From Chthonomonadaceae bacterium (GTDB lineage: Bacteria > Armatimonadota > Chthonomonadetes > Chthonomonadales > Chthonomonadaceae), in contig DASRGZ010000028.1 of the NCBI GenBank assembly GCA_035650735.1, positions 1-62,921 of the forward strand: a stretch of 62,921 bases of DNA. Direction: 5' to 3'. This document shows, in pieces, positions 1 to 10,830 of the stretch; positions within the stretch are counted from its first letter, which is position 1, and each line of letters opens with the position of its first letter. The notes under the pieces are model-generated. The model did no database searches and was not told where the DNA came from. It worked only from the letters and a program-made list of their open reading frames with translations. The translations under genes and the position numbers were made by a program.

Positions 1-91
1 GACGCCACTCGGCTCGGCTCTTTATGCCAGACAGGAGTTCAACCTCGACTTGAGCCTTGAACTCCGAGGTGAATGTACGACGCTTGGACAT
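1..91 (-). mobile_element. N-terminus of an IS3-family-like transposase OrfA (runs off the window edge)
   Basis: Manual translation from ATG at 91 gives MSKRRTFTSEFKAQVEVELLSGIKSRAEWR, matching the 'RR.F..EFK..V' HTH start typical of IS3 OrfA. Not in the ORF track. Confidence 0.7.
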
Positions 92-142
92 CCGGGCAAT
101 CCTTCGGATAGGAGGGTCCTTCATTTGCCCTACTGTCCAATA

Positions 143-291
143 CTAGAGCGTGGGATGCACTTGGGTCCTCTTGAGGAGATAGGCCAGTCGCTCATTAGAG
201 GCTTGGTGCTCGCTTTTTAGCGAGCCCAAAGCGGTCATCAGCCTCAAGGTCCTCTCTCGATGCAGGCAAAAAAGGGCATAATACCCTCTAA
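143..291. mobile_element. MITE copy 1 (~148 bp, IS5-like ends)
   Basis: Near-identical to 50776-50923. Imperfect terminal inverted repeats TAGAGCGTGGGATGC ... GCATAATACCCTCTA; no coding capacity. Confidence 0.8.
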
Positions 292-409
292 CGTCCCCGG
301 CATTTCCTTCCTCTTCCCCGAGTGAGGCGCACGAAACAGCCGCCCGAACAATACACCCACCGGATACTGACCCGTCCCGGATGGGAACTCGCACCCAAGG
401 AGAAGGAAG

Positions 410-1216
410 ATGGTTGACAAGATCGCTCTGCTCAAGAAACTCACTCTGACAACGCTGACCGCCGGCACGCTGGCGACCGCCCTACCGATGACTCTGCCGA
501 CCGCCGCCGCGCCTGGCCCGGACGTCCGCCAGACCCAGGAACAGATCGCCTGGCATACCGACCTGAGCGCGGCCCTGCGCGACGCCCGCAGCACGGGCAA
601 GCCGATCCTGCTGGTCTTTGAGGCCAGTTGGTGTCCCTATTCACGCCGTATGGAGCGCGAAACCTTTGCCGATAGCACGGTCATCGCTCTGTCCCGCGAC
701 TTCCATTGCGTGAAGGTGGACGGCGACACGGACTACGGCAAGGCGCTGATGCGCCAGTACAGCGTGGATGCGTTCCCGACAACCCTGCTGCTCGATAGCT
801 CCGGCAGCGTGCAGGCCCGGATGCGCGGATTACAGACAGCAGACGCCCTGGCGCAGCAGATGCGCGCCGTCGCTCCCGCCCGTATCGCCTGGCAGAGCAG
901 CCTTTCCGACGCCATGGACGAATCCCGGCGCACGGGCAAGCCCATCCTGCTGGTCTTCCATGCCGACTGGTGCCCGTTCTGCCGCCGCATGGAGCGCGAG
1001 ACCTTCGCTGACCCGACCGTCGCCCGCCTGTCCCGCAACTTTATCTGCGTGAAGGTAGACACGGAGACCGCGTATGGCAAGCAACTGTGCGAGGAGTATG
1101 CCGTGGACGCCTACCCGTATGTGATCTTCTTCAGCGACCCGAACACCATCGTCAAGACCATCGAAGGGTTCCAGTCGCCGGACGCATTCGTCGAGAGCAT
1201 GCGGAAGGTTCTCTAA
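410..1216 (+). CDS. Exported tandem thioredoxin-family protein (two Trx-like domains, CPYS and CPFC)
   Basis: AAGGAGAAGGAAG RBS, signal-peptide-like N-terminus, duplicated GKPILLVF.A.WCP..RRMERETFAD domains. Confidence 0.9.
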   Translation: MVDKIALLKKLTLTTLTAGTLATALPMTLPTAAAPGPDVRQTQEQIAWHTDLSAALRDARSTGKPILLVFEASWCPYSRRMERETFADSTVIALSRDFHCVKVDGDTDYGKALMRQYSVDAFPTTLLLDSSGSVQARMRGLQTADALAQQMRAVAPARIAWQSSLSDAMDESRRTGKPILLVFHADWCPFCRRMERETFADPTVARLSRNFICVKVDTETAYGKQLCEEYAVDAYPYVIFFSDPNTIVKTIEGFQSPDAFVESMRKVL

Positions 1217-1316
1217 GAACTCGTTCTAACACCGGGCCAAGTTCGTTCCCCTTGATAGAATGTAGGCGCGGAGGACGCGCTGCGAGTATGCAGATCCAGA
1301 TTAGAGGAGGGGACCT

Positions 1317-1562
1317 ATGGACCCCGTTGAGGATACCAGACCGCTGTTCTACCTGACGCGCGAAGAGATCCTGCTGCTTGTGGAGGCTGTTGCCGCGCTT
1401 CCAAACCAGGAGGCGGACACCCTGCTGCACCGGCTGGCAGAACTCTATCGCAGTGTCGCCGCAGAACCGGCGGCGCAAGTTGAGGTATGTTTCTCCGAAG
1501 ATGCGCTGCTTTCCCGGCCCGGACGGTTCCTATTCAAGCGGACCCCGGCGGTGGTGCGCTAG
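1317..1562 (+). CDS. Small hypothetical protein (81 aa)
   Basis: Strong AGAGGAGG RBS before the ATG; helical-looking sequence; no recognisable motif. Confidence 0.6.
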   Translation: MDPVEDTRPLFYLTREEILLLVEAVAALPNQEADTLLHRLAELYRSVAAEPAAQVEVCFSEDALLSRPGRFLFKRTPAVVR

Positions 1563-1627
1563 GCGCTCTCCTTTGCGGAGAGGCGGGCGATGTTCCCGCC
1601 TCTCCGTTTCCAACAACCCGGCCAGGC

Positions 1628-3351
1628 TCAGGGAGCGGGAAGCTTGCTGATCGCCGCGCCGATGGCCTGTGCCAGCCGGGCCACCAGCCCACCCGGATCG
1701 GACTTCACGCCTTCCACCGTGATTGGGGTGATTACATCCTGACCGTCCCGGCGCAGCCGCAGCGTGGCTCGTACGCTCTCCCCGGTCACGGTGTACTGCA
1801 CCACCGGACGCAGCGCTCGGCTCAACTGATCGGCATCCACGAACACCGCACTGCCTTTCTCCGCACCGACGCGAACTCCCGGCTCATAGCGGTCGCGCAG
1901 GGCGGAACGCAAGCGCTCCTCCAATCCCAGGTCGTCGTCGCCGCTGGCCGTGTTGCTCATGCGGGGACGAAGTAGTTGCGGCAGGGGCGTGGGCAGGACG
2001 ATAGAGTCCTGTGCGCCCGCCGCGTAGGTATCGAGTATCATGACGCGATATCCTACCCGGATGCCGTTCGCGCCCGTCATCCAGTTGGCTTACTCCGTGC
2101 TGGAGAGCGTTGTCTGCTGGCGCAGCGTCGCATCGGTGTTGAGTTTCGCCAGGTCGGCGGTGCTGGCAAAATTGGCGTCGCGGGTCAGGTAGCAGTAGAG
2201 GCTGTTCTCGATGGGCAGCGCAACCCCGTGCCCGGCCAGGTAGACACGGCCACATCTTCGGGACGCGCTTTCCGGCGCACGGTTTCAAACGCCTGGATGA
2301 AGTTGGCGCGGGTGGGCGAGAGTGGGGCAGGCAGGCCCGGGCTGTCCCTTGTGTCGGCGGTGGTCAGCAGCAGCAGCGTGACGTTCTCTGCTCCGAAGAA
2401 GTGCCTGGCTCCGCGCTGCAAGGCGGCGGCGAAGCGCACGGCGTCCTGGGCGGCAAAGTGCAGATGCAGCTCCGGCGCGGCATAGGCGTTGATGCCGGCC
2501 ACAATCGCGTACAGGTGCCGGGTCACCTTCGTTTCGCCGGGCGCGGCGGCGCTGACCACTACGATTCCCCGGGCCGGCAGCCAGCCGGCAGCATTGTAGG
2601 GCACGACCCGCACCGTGTTCGGCCCGTTCGCACGCCAGGTCGGGGCGGAGGCGAGGTCGAGCGACAGGGCGAGCGTGGGCGCGTCAGGCTTTCGCCGGTC
2701 CGCCGGTCGGGCGTCTTCGAGGTAGAGCGCATCGTTGACGTAGACCTGTACCTTGCCGATGCCGCCGCCCAGATTGTGCAGCGTGACCTGAAGCCGGGTT
2801 CCGTCCATCTGCTGGCTGACGACTTCAGGAAAGAGCGGGACATCGGTGAAGGCGTCCACCTGGCGCAGGGGCTTGCGCTGGAAAATCTTGCTGAGCAGGC
2901 CGGGCTCGTAGTAGCGTTCTTTAAGCTGCGACAGGTCAATGGAGCGGTTGCCGACGGCCCAGTGCAGGCCGGAAACGCTGCCGCCGTTGGAGGCATCGAA
3001 GCGGCCCTGCGGGTCCACGACCGCCCAAGCGCCATCATCGAAGCTGAGCATCTGGCACAATTCGTTGCCGGTGTCCGCCTCCCACAGCCCTGTTGTGCCG
3101 TCCACACTATCGGTGAGCACATACTTGCCATCCGGGGAGAAGGCTACCGAGAAGACAGCGTCTGTTCCCGTTTGCGCGATTAGCCTGGGCCGACTGTCCG
3201 GCAGGTTCTGGGCGGAGGGCTTTTGCGCCACCGGGCTATTGCTCTTGATCGGAGACTGTCCGCGCACAGGAGATGCCCACAGCAGGATCGGCAGGATGGC
3301 TGCCAGCAGGCAGCGGAAAACCCGAAAAGAAAATGGGGACATGGTTTTCAT
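1628..3351 (-). pseudogene. Decayed secreted WD40 + caspase-family (C14) protein
   Basis: Start at 3351 with signal peptide; single residual WD40 repeat. Frameshift near 2245 breaks VYLAGHG, in-frame TAA at 2090-2092, catalytic DTC changed to DTY (2024-2026). Segments are homologous to the first half of 16062..18206. Confidence 0.85.
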
Positions 3352-3481
3352 CTTTTCTCCAAGCAAGAAGCACAGCAGACCGGACAGCCGGGCTTTCAAA
3401 CGGCAAATCGGGCTTGCAGGCAGTTCCGCGACAGGCACGCCGAAGGAACCTGGCTCTATCTCCCCCAACACCAGGTTCCTG

Positions 3482-5612
3482 CTATCTCCAGTCTCCAATA
3501 GCGATGAAGGGCGACCAGAAGTAGGGATGAGCAGTCTCCTGCTGCTTGAGCAGGCTCACCTCCGCCAGACGCAGTGCCTCCGCCACGCCCTTGCCCGCCT
3601 TCAACTCCTCATAGAACCGCTCCATCAGCGTCGTCGTGGCCGCATCCGACACCTCCCACAAACTGGCTACAATGGACAGGCTACCAGCCTTGGAGAAGCT
3701 GTTGGCCAGGTGCATAGCCTCATTGCCCGGCGTCTTGCTGCCCAGGGCCGTCTGGCAGGCGCTCAACACCGTCAGACGAGCCGGGTAGTGGTCCAGGCCG
3801 TAGACCTCGCCAAGCGTCAGCTTCCCGCCGTTGGCCAGCACCAGGTAGCAGGCGTTGATGTCGGTCTCATTGAGCACCCCATGGGTGGCAAAGTGGGCTA
3901 TCTGCACATCCGAAGGCAGATGCTCCACCTGCGCCTTGGTCGCCTGCGGGCCAACGTACATCCGGGGTTGGGGAAACAGCTTGCTGATGGCCCTGACTTC
4001 CTGCTCCGCTCCGGGCAGCGTGCCGTCGGGGTTGCCGAAGGCGGCCAGATGTCCGACGCCTCGGCCTCTGGGTCCTGCCGCCAGGATCCGGCTCAGCAGT
4101 CCCAGGCGCGGCAGCATGAGAGTGGGTTTCTCCTCCGCCAGAAACCGCAGCCGTTTGTCCGGCGTCTCGGTCGCCAGCGCCGCAAACGGCAGATAGTGGA
4201 GAAGGCCGGAGGGGATGATCACCACGGTTTCGGCTTTGTCTATGTCGGCCTTGACGGGGGCAATCAGGTAGCCGTAGAGGGCTGTCAGCGTCTCCCGCAG
4301 CGGCTTGGCCTGCGCGCTGTTCCAATCCCAGTTCCGCAGGTTCAGCGCCAGGGTGTTCTGGCCACTGACAGGACGGGCACGGGCCTTCTCCGCTCGCTCC
4401 ATCTCGGCTCGGAAGCTCCGGACCAGCCCCTCCAGCCTGGCGCGCGGCAGGGGCATTCCCCGCGCCTGAATGCCCTCCCGCGTCACCACGAAGGTGACCA
4501 GCGCGTTCTCCAGCGGCATATAGGCCAGCACTACCACGTTGGGAGGCAGGTCGCGCCGCAGGTCCTCCACATCATCTACTTTGACCCTCAGCAGCTCGGC
4601 GTAGTCCGGATAGGCGCTTGCCACCGCGGTATAGGTCCTCAGCGACTCGGCCCGGTTATGGGCAATAAGCTGGGTGAGGTTCTCGATCTTAGCCTTGTCC
4701 TGCTGAGCCTCCGGCTTGGATAACTCCGCTAGTCTGAGCTTCTCCTGAGCCGCTAACTCCTGCTCCAGGCTCTCGGTCTTGCTTAGCAGGGCGTTGAGCT
4801 TGGGATCGTTGACCTGGATGGAACTTAAGCGCAGCCCGTCGAGCAACTGCTTGCTCTTAGCCCGTTCCAGGTAAGTCAAGGCTTGGGCCACGTTTCCTTG
4901 CTCCACCAGCAATCCAATGAGGGCTTCATAGACGGCCACTTTGTTGCCCGCATGTAGGTAAGTCAGTCGGTCTTGTGCCTGGTCGGCGATGTTGGTCCGA
5001 ATGCTCTCCAGGTAATCAATGGCTTTCTGGTAGGCGGTGATGGCCTCTTGGGTACGTTTCTGGGCCTTGTAGGCATCCCCCAAGCCCCATTGGCAGCGGA
5101 ACAGCAGGTCGGGATCGGCTACGGCTTCGGCCAGCTTATGCGCCTGCTCCAGGTTTTCCATCGCCCTCTGAGGCTGACCGATGGAGTAGCAGACGATGCC
5201 AATGTTGGTGAGGGTTATGGTTTCTCCAGGCTTGTCCTGGACTTCTCTAAGTATCGGCAGGGCCTGGTCGTAGTAGTCGAGCCCCTTCTGCGGCTGATCG
5301 GTGCTTACATAGACACTGCCGATGTTGGCAAGTGTGACGGCTTCTCCTCCTTTGTCCTGCACTTCTTTGTATAGCTTCAGGGCTTGGTCATAATACTCCA
5401 ATGCCTTCTGCGGCTGACCTAGCTCAGAGTAGACATTGCCGAGGCCGTTGAGGGTATTAGCCTCAAACTGCTTGTTACCCACCGCTCTGTGTAGCGGCAA
5501 GGCTTTCTGCAAGTATTCTAGCGCCTTCTGGGGCTGCCCCAGCTTCCCGTAGACAATTCCAATGTTAGTGAGGGTGCTGGCTTCTCCCCGTCTGTCCTGA
5601 ACGGCCTGCCAG
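3482..5612 (-). pseudogene. 5'-truncated TPR + CHAT protease gene
   Basis: TPR repeats, then CHAT motifs HFATHG, LSACQT, ASLWEVSD and HPYFWSPF..IGDWR. The frame begins mid-TPR at a junction with unrelated opposite-strand sequence and has no credible start or RBS. Confidence 0.8.
5150..5610 (-). repeat. Intragenic ~120-bp (40-aa) TPR tandem repeats
   Basis: Four units of the form TL.N(I/L)G.VY...(G/D)QPQ(K/R)(A/G)...Y. Confidence 0.8.
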
Positions 5613-6182
5613 ATGGACCCGGAGACCCATAGCACGATCCTGGGCGTGACGGCCCGCCGGGAGGACGGCGCGACGCTTCAGTTCGCGCCCCGCTACGTTC
5701 TGGACGCTACCGACCTGGGCGACGTGCTGGCGCTGTGCGGCCAGGAGGGAACCGATTGGGTGATGGGCGCGGAGAGCCGCGCCGCCACCGGCGAGCCGGA
5801 TGCGCCGGCAACGGCCCGCCCCGACTGGGTTCAGCCCTTCACGTTTCCCTTCGCCCTGGACTGGTCGCCGGCTACTCGCGCCACCAACGTGATCCCGCGC
5901 CCGGCCCGCTACACGCAATTGAAAGCCGAGCAGAAGTATGCCATCCGCTACGGGGCTATCACGGGCGTTTTCCAGGGGCAGGCTCCCTGGTGGACCTATC
6001 GCCGCCTGCTGGCCGCCGCCAACTTCGCCGACCCGCGCATCGCGTCCGATCTGAGCATGATCAACACGCCGGGCAACGACTATCACGGCGGCAACCTGCT
6101 GGGGCTGAGCGCGGCGGAGCGGCAGGCGACTCTGGCGCGGGCGCGCGAGGTGGCGCTGGGCTACGTCTACTGGCTGCAACCG
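5613..6182 (+). pseudogene. Internal fragment of an FAD-dependent oxidoreductase
   Basis: VLDATDLGDVL..G, GAES, EP.AP, VQPFTF and 'LGYVYWLQ' motifs; lacks the N-terminal GxGxxG; ends at the IS1 remnant. Confidence 0.7.
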
Positions 6183-6800
6183 GGCTATGGATTTAGCCGC
6201 GTTGCTGGTAGACTAAGGGCATGAATACCTTAGCCTGCCCGCACTGCGGCAACACAATCGATGTCATCAAGTTCGGAACCAGCCGCTCCGATTCCGATCG
6301 GTATCGCTGCCCTGGCTGTGGCAAGACGTTCACGCCCACGGCCAACCTCCGCACCATGACCGCCGCCAAAGAAGAGCAAATCCTGGCGCTCTTACAAGAA
6401 CGGGTCTCCCAACGCGGCATCGCCCGAGCGCTGAAGGTCGGGCGTCAAACCAGTCGCGCGATCCGCAAAAAGGGGCCGAGCGGGTAGAAGCCCGCCTAAA
6501 ACAGCACACGCTCGCTCGCCTGCCTGCTCCGCAAGAGGACGTGATCGAGATAGACGAACTCTGTCTGCGGCAGTCGCCTGCGTTCTGGGTCTGGAGCGCG
6601 GTGTCGCGACTGACCCGGCAGGTGTTGGGATTTGTGCTGGGCGCCCACACCGCTCCGATGCTTGAGTTGACGTGGTCGGACGTGCCTGCCGACTATCAGG
6701 ACAAGCCTGTCTGCACGGATCACCGGGGTGCTTACGAGCGGTTTTTTCCGGCCTCCCAACACCAGGCGTGTGACAAGGGCAGCGGCCTGACCAGTATGGT
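6183..6800 (+). mobile_element. Truncated IS1-family element (InsA 6221-6487 plus InsB N-terminal part via -1 frameshift)
   Basis: InsA-like zinc ribbon CPHC...YRCPGC and HTH (SQRGIARAL). AAAAAGGGG at 6467-6475. InsB-like IEIDE..WVWSAV..TD..AY...KGSGLT, cut before the last catalytic Glu region. Confidence 0.85.
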
Positions 6801-6802
6801 CG

Positions 6803-7704
6803 CCTGGTGGGCGCGCAGGCCCAGATGCTGATGTGGTCCCTGGACGGAACGCTGCGCTATCTGCCCATTGAGGCCCTCTGGGACGGCAAGCAGTATCTGC
6901 TCCAGCGGTTCCAGAGCGCCGTCTTCACTCCCGCCAGCCTCAGCCGCCTGGCAGATGAGACCAGCCCGGACTGGACGGTGCTGGGGCTGGGCGTGTCGAA
7001 GGAGCATCCCGGCTTCACCGCCCTGCCCGCCGTGCCGGAGGAATTGCGCGGCATTGTGCGGCAGGGACCTGGAGACGGCGCGGGCGTGCTGCTGGGAACG
7101 ATTCTGCTGGACGAGGCGTTCACCCTGCCCGCCTTAAAAGCCGCCCTGCTCAACGGATACAAAGCCCTGCATATTGCCAGCCACTTCGCCTTCCGGCCCG
7201 GCGACGAGACGCGCTCGGTCCTGCTGCTGGGCGACGGCGCGCCGCTCTCCCTGGCCGACTTTGACCAGAAGCCGCCGTCCACGCTATTTCGCGGGGTGGA
7301 GTTGATCTGCCTCTCCGCCTGCGACACGGCGATGGGCGGGCAAGGAGCGGACGGCAGGGAGGTAGACGGGCTTTGGCGTGCTGGCGCAGCGCAAAGGGGC
7401 GGATGCGGTAATGGCGAGCCTGTGGCCGGTGGCGGACGCCAGCACGCAGGTGCTGATGCGGGCCTTCTACCGTATCCGCCAGCAGCATCCGGGCCTCTCC
7501 AAGCTGGAGGCCCTGCGGGAGGCGCAGCTGGCGCTGTTGACGGGCAGCATGAAGGAGACGGGGCCGAACCCGCAGCGCAGCCAGGTGGTGAGCGGGCCGG
7601 AGCCGGAAGAGGCGGGGCGTCCCCGGTTCCAGCCGGACCCAAACGCGCCCTACGCGCACCCCTACTACTGGGCGCCCTTCATCCTGATCGGCAACTGGCG
7701 ATGA
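6803..7704 (+). pseudogene. Orphan, frameshifted CHAT domain (paralog of 7884..10154)
   Basis: LMWSLDGTLRYLP, HIASHF and LSACDT in one frame; GVLAQRKGA...HPYYWAPFILIGNWR in another (shift near 7370); no TPR part or start. Confidence 0.85.
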
Positions 7705-7883
7705 AACGAAAGTTTCAGCCCAGGCATAGCCTCTGTGAGCGCGCCCTTCTGCCGGATAGCAGAATCAACGATTGCGTCACGATCTGCAATCCCTGGGTGC
7801 GCTCACTGTCGGCGTTTACTGTGGCGCTTGTAGCCGTTCCCTTTCCTGGATGCCCCCGCCAATTCGAAAATGAGTGTCTATTC

Positions 7884-10154
7884 TTAGCGCCAGTTGCCAA
7901 TGAGGATAAAGGGCGCCCAGTAGTAGGGATGCGCGTAGGGCGCGTTCGGATCGGGCGTGAAGGCGGGCAGCCGACCGGAGACCGTCCCGGAACTGCTGAC
8001 ACGCCGGGTACGGGGCGCGTTGGCGCCAGCATCGGGCGCAGTCTCGGAGCGGCCCAACAGCGTCAACTGCGCCTCCCGCAGCGCCTCGATCTTGGGCATA
8101 CCGGGATGGAACTGCCGGATCTGATAGAAGGCGCGCATCAGCAGCTCCGTGCTCTTATCCGCCACCGGCCACAGGCTGGCGATCACCGCGTCCGCGCCCT
8201 TGCGCTGCGCCAGCACGCCAAAGCCCTCGACCTCTCTGCCGTCGGCATCCTTGCCGCCGGTCGCCGTGTCGCAGGCCGAAAGCGTCAGCAGGTTCACGCC
8301 CTCGAACAGGTAGCTGGGCATCTGCTTGATCTCGGCCAGGGAGAGGTGGCTGCCGTCGCCAAGCAGCAGGAACGAGTCGGTTTCGTTGCCGGGCCGGAAG
8401 GCGAAGTGGCTGGCAATATGCACGATCTTGTAGCCGTGTCCCAGCGCCGATTTCATGGCGGGCAGCGTGAAGTCTGTATCCAGCATGACCGTTCCGGGCA
8501 GGATGCCCGCGCCGCCCTGCTCTCGGATGATCCCGCGCAACTCTTCGGGAACGGCGGTGAGAGGGTTAAAACCGGGATAGGCGCGCGAAACTCCCAGGCC
8601 CAGCGCGGTCCATTGCGCGTCCACGTCATGTTCCAGGCGGTTGAGGCTGGCCGGGGTGAAGAGGGCGTTCTTGAAGCGCTCGATCAGGTACTGCTTGCCG
8701 TCGTAGAGGGCGGCGACAGGCAGATAGCGCAGGGTGCCGTCCAGGGACCACATCAGAGTCTGCGCCTGCGCGCCCGCCAGGTCTTTCTCGACCGGGCCGA
8801 CGAGAATATCATAGAGCTCTTTCGCTAATGGGCGCGGGTCCAGGCGCGGGTTCTGGAGCGCCTCACGGAAGGCAAGCACTCTCGTGTTGAGGTCGGCGGC
8901 CCCGATGGGATAGGTACGCGCCACCTGCGTATCCGGCGTGACCAGCAGGAGGGAGAGCGTCTTCTCGCCGACGAGCGTATAGAGGGCAACGCTGTGGTTC
9001 TGGAGCTTGCGAAGGGTGGTCGTGATCGCCTCGACATCGCGCAGGGTGTCCAGGCGGTTCGCCACGCCTGTATTCTTGGCAAATTCGGCGGCGAGCGCAT
9101 CCAGGAACTTCTGGAATTCGTGGCTGGCGGCAACGCGGTCCTTATCCAGCGTAGCCAGGCGTGCCTCCTCGGCGGGCGTGCGGTTCTTCTTGGCGTAGAG
9201 GGCACTGAACTCGAGGCCGATGGCAGTAACGCGGTCACTGATTTCCCGGTAGCGCTTGTCCCATTCGGCCTCGCGGGGCGTATAGTCGGCATGGCCGCTC
9301 GGTCCGGCTTCGTTCTGATCACGACGCACGAACTCGAAATACTCCTCCTGCTTGAGCAGGCCGAGCACCTGCTGGGCTTCGGGCAGGCGACCGTCTTGAA
9401 TGAGCAGGTCCGCCAGTGTGCGATAGGTATCGCGATTCGCCTCCAGAAAGCCTTTCTGTATGTCCTTATCCAATCCCTTGATGTCGGCTCGGATAGCCTG
9501 ATAAGCATTGACCGATTGCTTGCCATAAAAGATAGCCAGCCCGCGATTGCGAATCTCCTTCCAAACCCACATCAGGTTGTTGAGTGTAACGGCTTCGTCG
9601 TTCCGGTCTTTGACTTCCCGTCGGATGGCTAAAGCCTGCTCGTAGTAACCGATGGCCTTCTGGTACTGGCTCAGGTTGTCGTAGGCTAAGCCCAGGTTGT
9701 TGAGATCAATCGCGGCATCTTTACGCCTCAACAGCCTGTCTATTTCAAAGGCTGCCTGGTAATGTAAGATTGCCTGGTCATAGTCGTACCGATTGTTAAG
9801 ACTCTTAGCGAAGAAAAAATGCATGTCGGCTAAGGCAATACGCAACTGGTTGCGGTCTTCTTCGCGAGTGAACGCTTTCAGCTTGGCCTCCAGCAATTGC
9901 TGCCCTTCGACGAAGCGTTCCATCGTCCGGTATATCTGTGCCATGGAGGTTGCGTACAGGACATTATCAGGAGCCTGTTCCATCGCCTGGCGCTCGTATT
10001 CCAGCGCTTTGGCATAGTCTTTTGCCTGGTACGCCTCCACCGCTTTCTGATTCCAGGAGGCGGCTGTCTCCTGCGGCGTCTGCGCCCACGCCGGAGTTCC
10101 TGAGGCTATCACGATTGCCGCGATGAGCAGCAGTATACAGGGATGCGTTCTCAT
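7884..10154 (-). CDS. Secreted TPR + CHAT (caspase-HetF) protease
   Basis: Signal peptide (..TPAWA/Q), TPRs, YRTLADLLI..GRLPEAQQVL, catalytic HIASHF and LSACDT intact, C-terminal HPYYWAPFILIGNWR. Confidence 0.92.
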   Translation of the reverse strand: MRTHPCILLLIAAIVIASGTPAWAQTPQETAASWNQKAVEAYQAKDYAKALEYERQAMEQAPDNVLYATSMAQIYRTMERFVEGQQLLEAKLKAFTREEDRNQLRIALADMHFFFAKSLNNRYDYDQAILHYQAAFEIDRLLRRKDAAIDLNNLGLAYDNLSQYQKAIGYYEQALAIRREVKDRNDEAVTLNNLMWVWKEIRNRGLAIFYGKQSVNAYQAIRADIKGLDKDIQKGFLEANRDTYRTLADLLIQDGRLPEAQQVLGLLKQEEYFEFVRRDQNEAGPSGHADYTPREAEWDKRYREISDRVTAIGLEFSALYAKKNRTPAEEARLATLDKDRVAASHEFQKFLDALAAEFAKNTGVANRLDTLRDVEAITTTLRKLQNHSVALYTLVGEKTLSLLLVTPDTQVARTYPIGAADLNTRVLAFREALQNPRLDPRPLAKELYDILVGPVEKDLAGAQAQTLMWSLDGTLRYLPVAALYDGKQYLIERFKNALFTPASLNRLEHDVDAQWTALGLGVSRAYPGFNPLTAVPEELRGIIREQGGAGILPGTVMLDTDFTLPAMKSALGHGYKIVHIASHFAFRPGNETDSFLLLGDGSHLSLAEIKQMPSYLFEGVNLLTLSACDTATGGKDADGREVEGFGVLAQRKGADAVIASLWPVADKSTELLMRAFYQIRQFHPGMPKIEALREAQLTLLGRSETAPDAGANAPRTRRVSSSGTVSGRLPAFTPDPNAPYAHPYYWAPFILIGNWR

Positions 10155-10362
10155 TTTGTTTCTTCCTGTTGTTTCTTCCTGCTACGGCCCGACTCTGCCG
10201 CTTCCTGGCGGAGCACGGAAAACGGCTCTTGCTACAGTCAGGTCCGAGAGGGAGAACCGGTTGGATTCTCCCTCTGCGGGAGCGTTGCCCACCGTTATCT
10301 GCCGCAGCGATGGGATTTCGGGCCGGACTGCGCCGATAGAGAGCACAGCCGGCCCTGTGTGC

Positions 10363-10830
10363 TTACTCGTCCAGTTCCCAGGTCATGGTTCGACCTTCGG
10401 GCACTTCAATGGTCCTGGGTCCCCACGTCCTCTCGCTGCCATCGTCGAAATTGGCCTTGCCGTACATCTCATAGCTGGCCGGGTCGGCGTAGCGGTAGAG
10501 GTCGCCCCACGGACCAACCGTCCCGGTATAGTTGCCATCCACGAAGATCTCGATATACCAGGGAGTATGGTTATCAACATGGATTCGGCCCGTGCCGCCG
10601 CGCCTCCTCGGCCCGCCTTTGCCCGCCGGCGCCGGAGTCCGGGCGTTGACCTTGTTCGGCCCGGCAGGGGTCTTGATGTGGGTATCCTCCGTGCCGCGTT
10701 CTCTGACGACCATAGCTTTGGTCATGATGCGACTTTGCTGGCGCTGCTTGGCCGTGACGCTGGTAGACATCAAGGCGAGACAAGCCACGACGACAGCCAG
10801 GATAGAGACAAAAACCAACGCTCGTTTCAT
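10363..10830 (-). CDS. Small secreted protein with C-terminal beta-rich (PEGA-like) domain
   Basis: AAGGAGG RBS before ATG 10830 (MKRALVFVSIL..); basic flexible linker, then VDNHTPWYIEIFVDGNYTGTV. Confidence 0.8.
   Translation of the reverse strand: MKRALVFVSILAVVVACLALMSTSVTAKQRQQSRIMTKAMVVRERGTEDTHIKTPAGPNKVNARTPAPAGKGGPRRRGGTGRIHVDNHTPWYIEIFVDGNYTGTVGPWGDLYRYADPASYEMYGKANFDDGSERTWGPRTIEVPEGRTMTWELDE

Noticed and set aside
143..394. 83-aa ORF, and the 50828..51106 ORF
   Set aside because: Both are read through the non-coding MITE and have no transposase motifs.
2939..4723. 594-aa + strand ORF, and similar long antisense ORFs such as the distal part of 6807..8828, 10845..12314, 26083..27435 and 33193..34461
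   Set aside because: They lie opposite well-supported genes and have no motifs; typical shadow ORFs of GC-rich DNA.
5150..10154. Diversity-generating retroelement or shufflon acting on CHAT/TPR genes
   Set aside because: No reverse transcriptase or site-specific recombinase in the window, and paralog differences are not obviously adenine-restricted.
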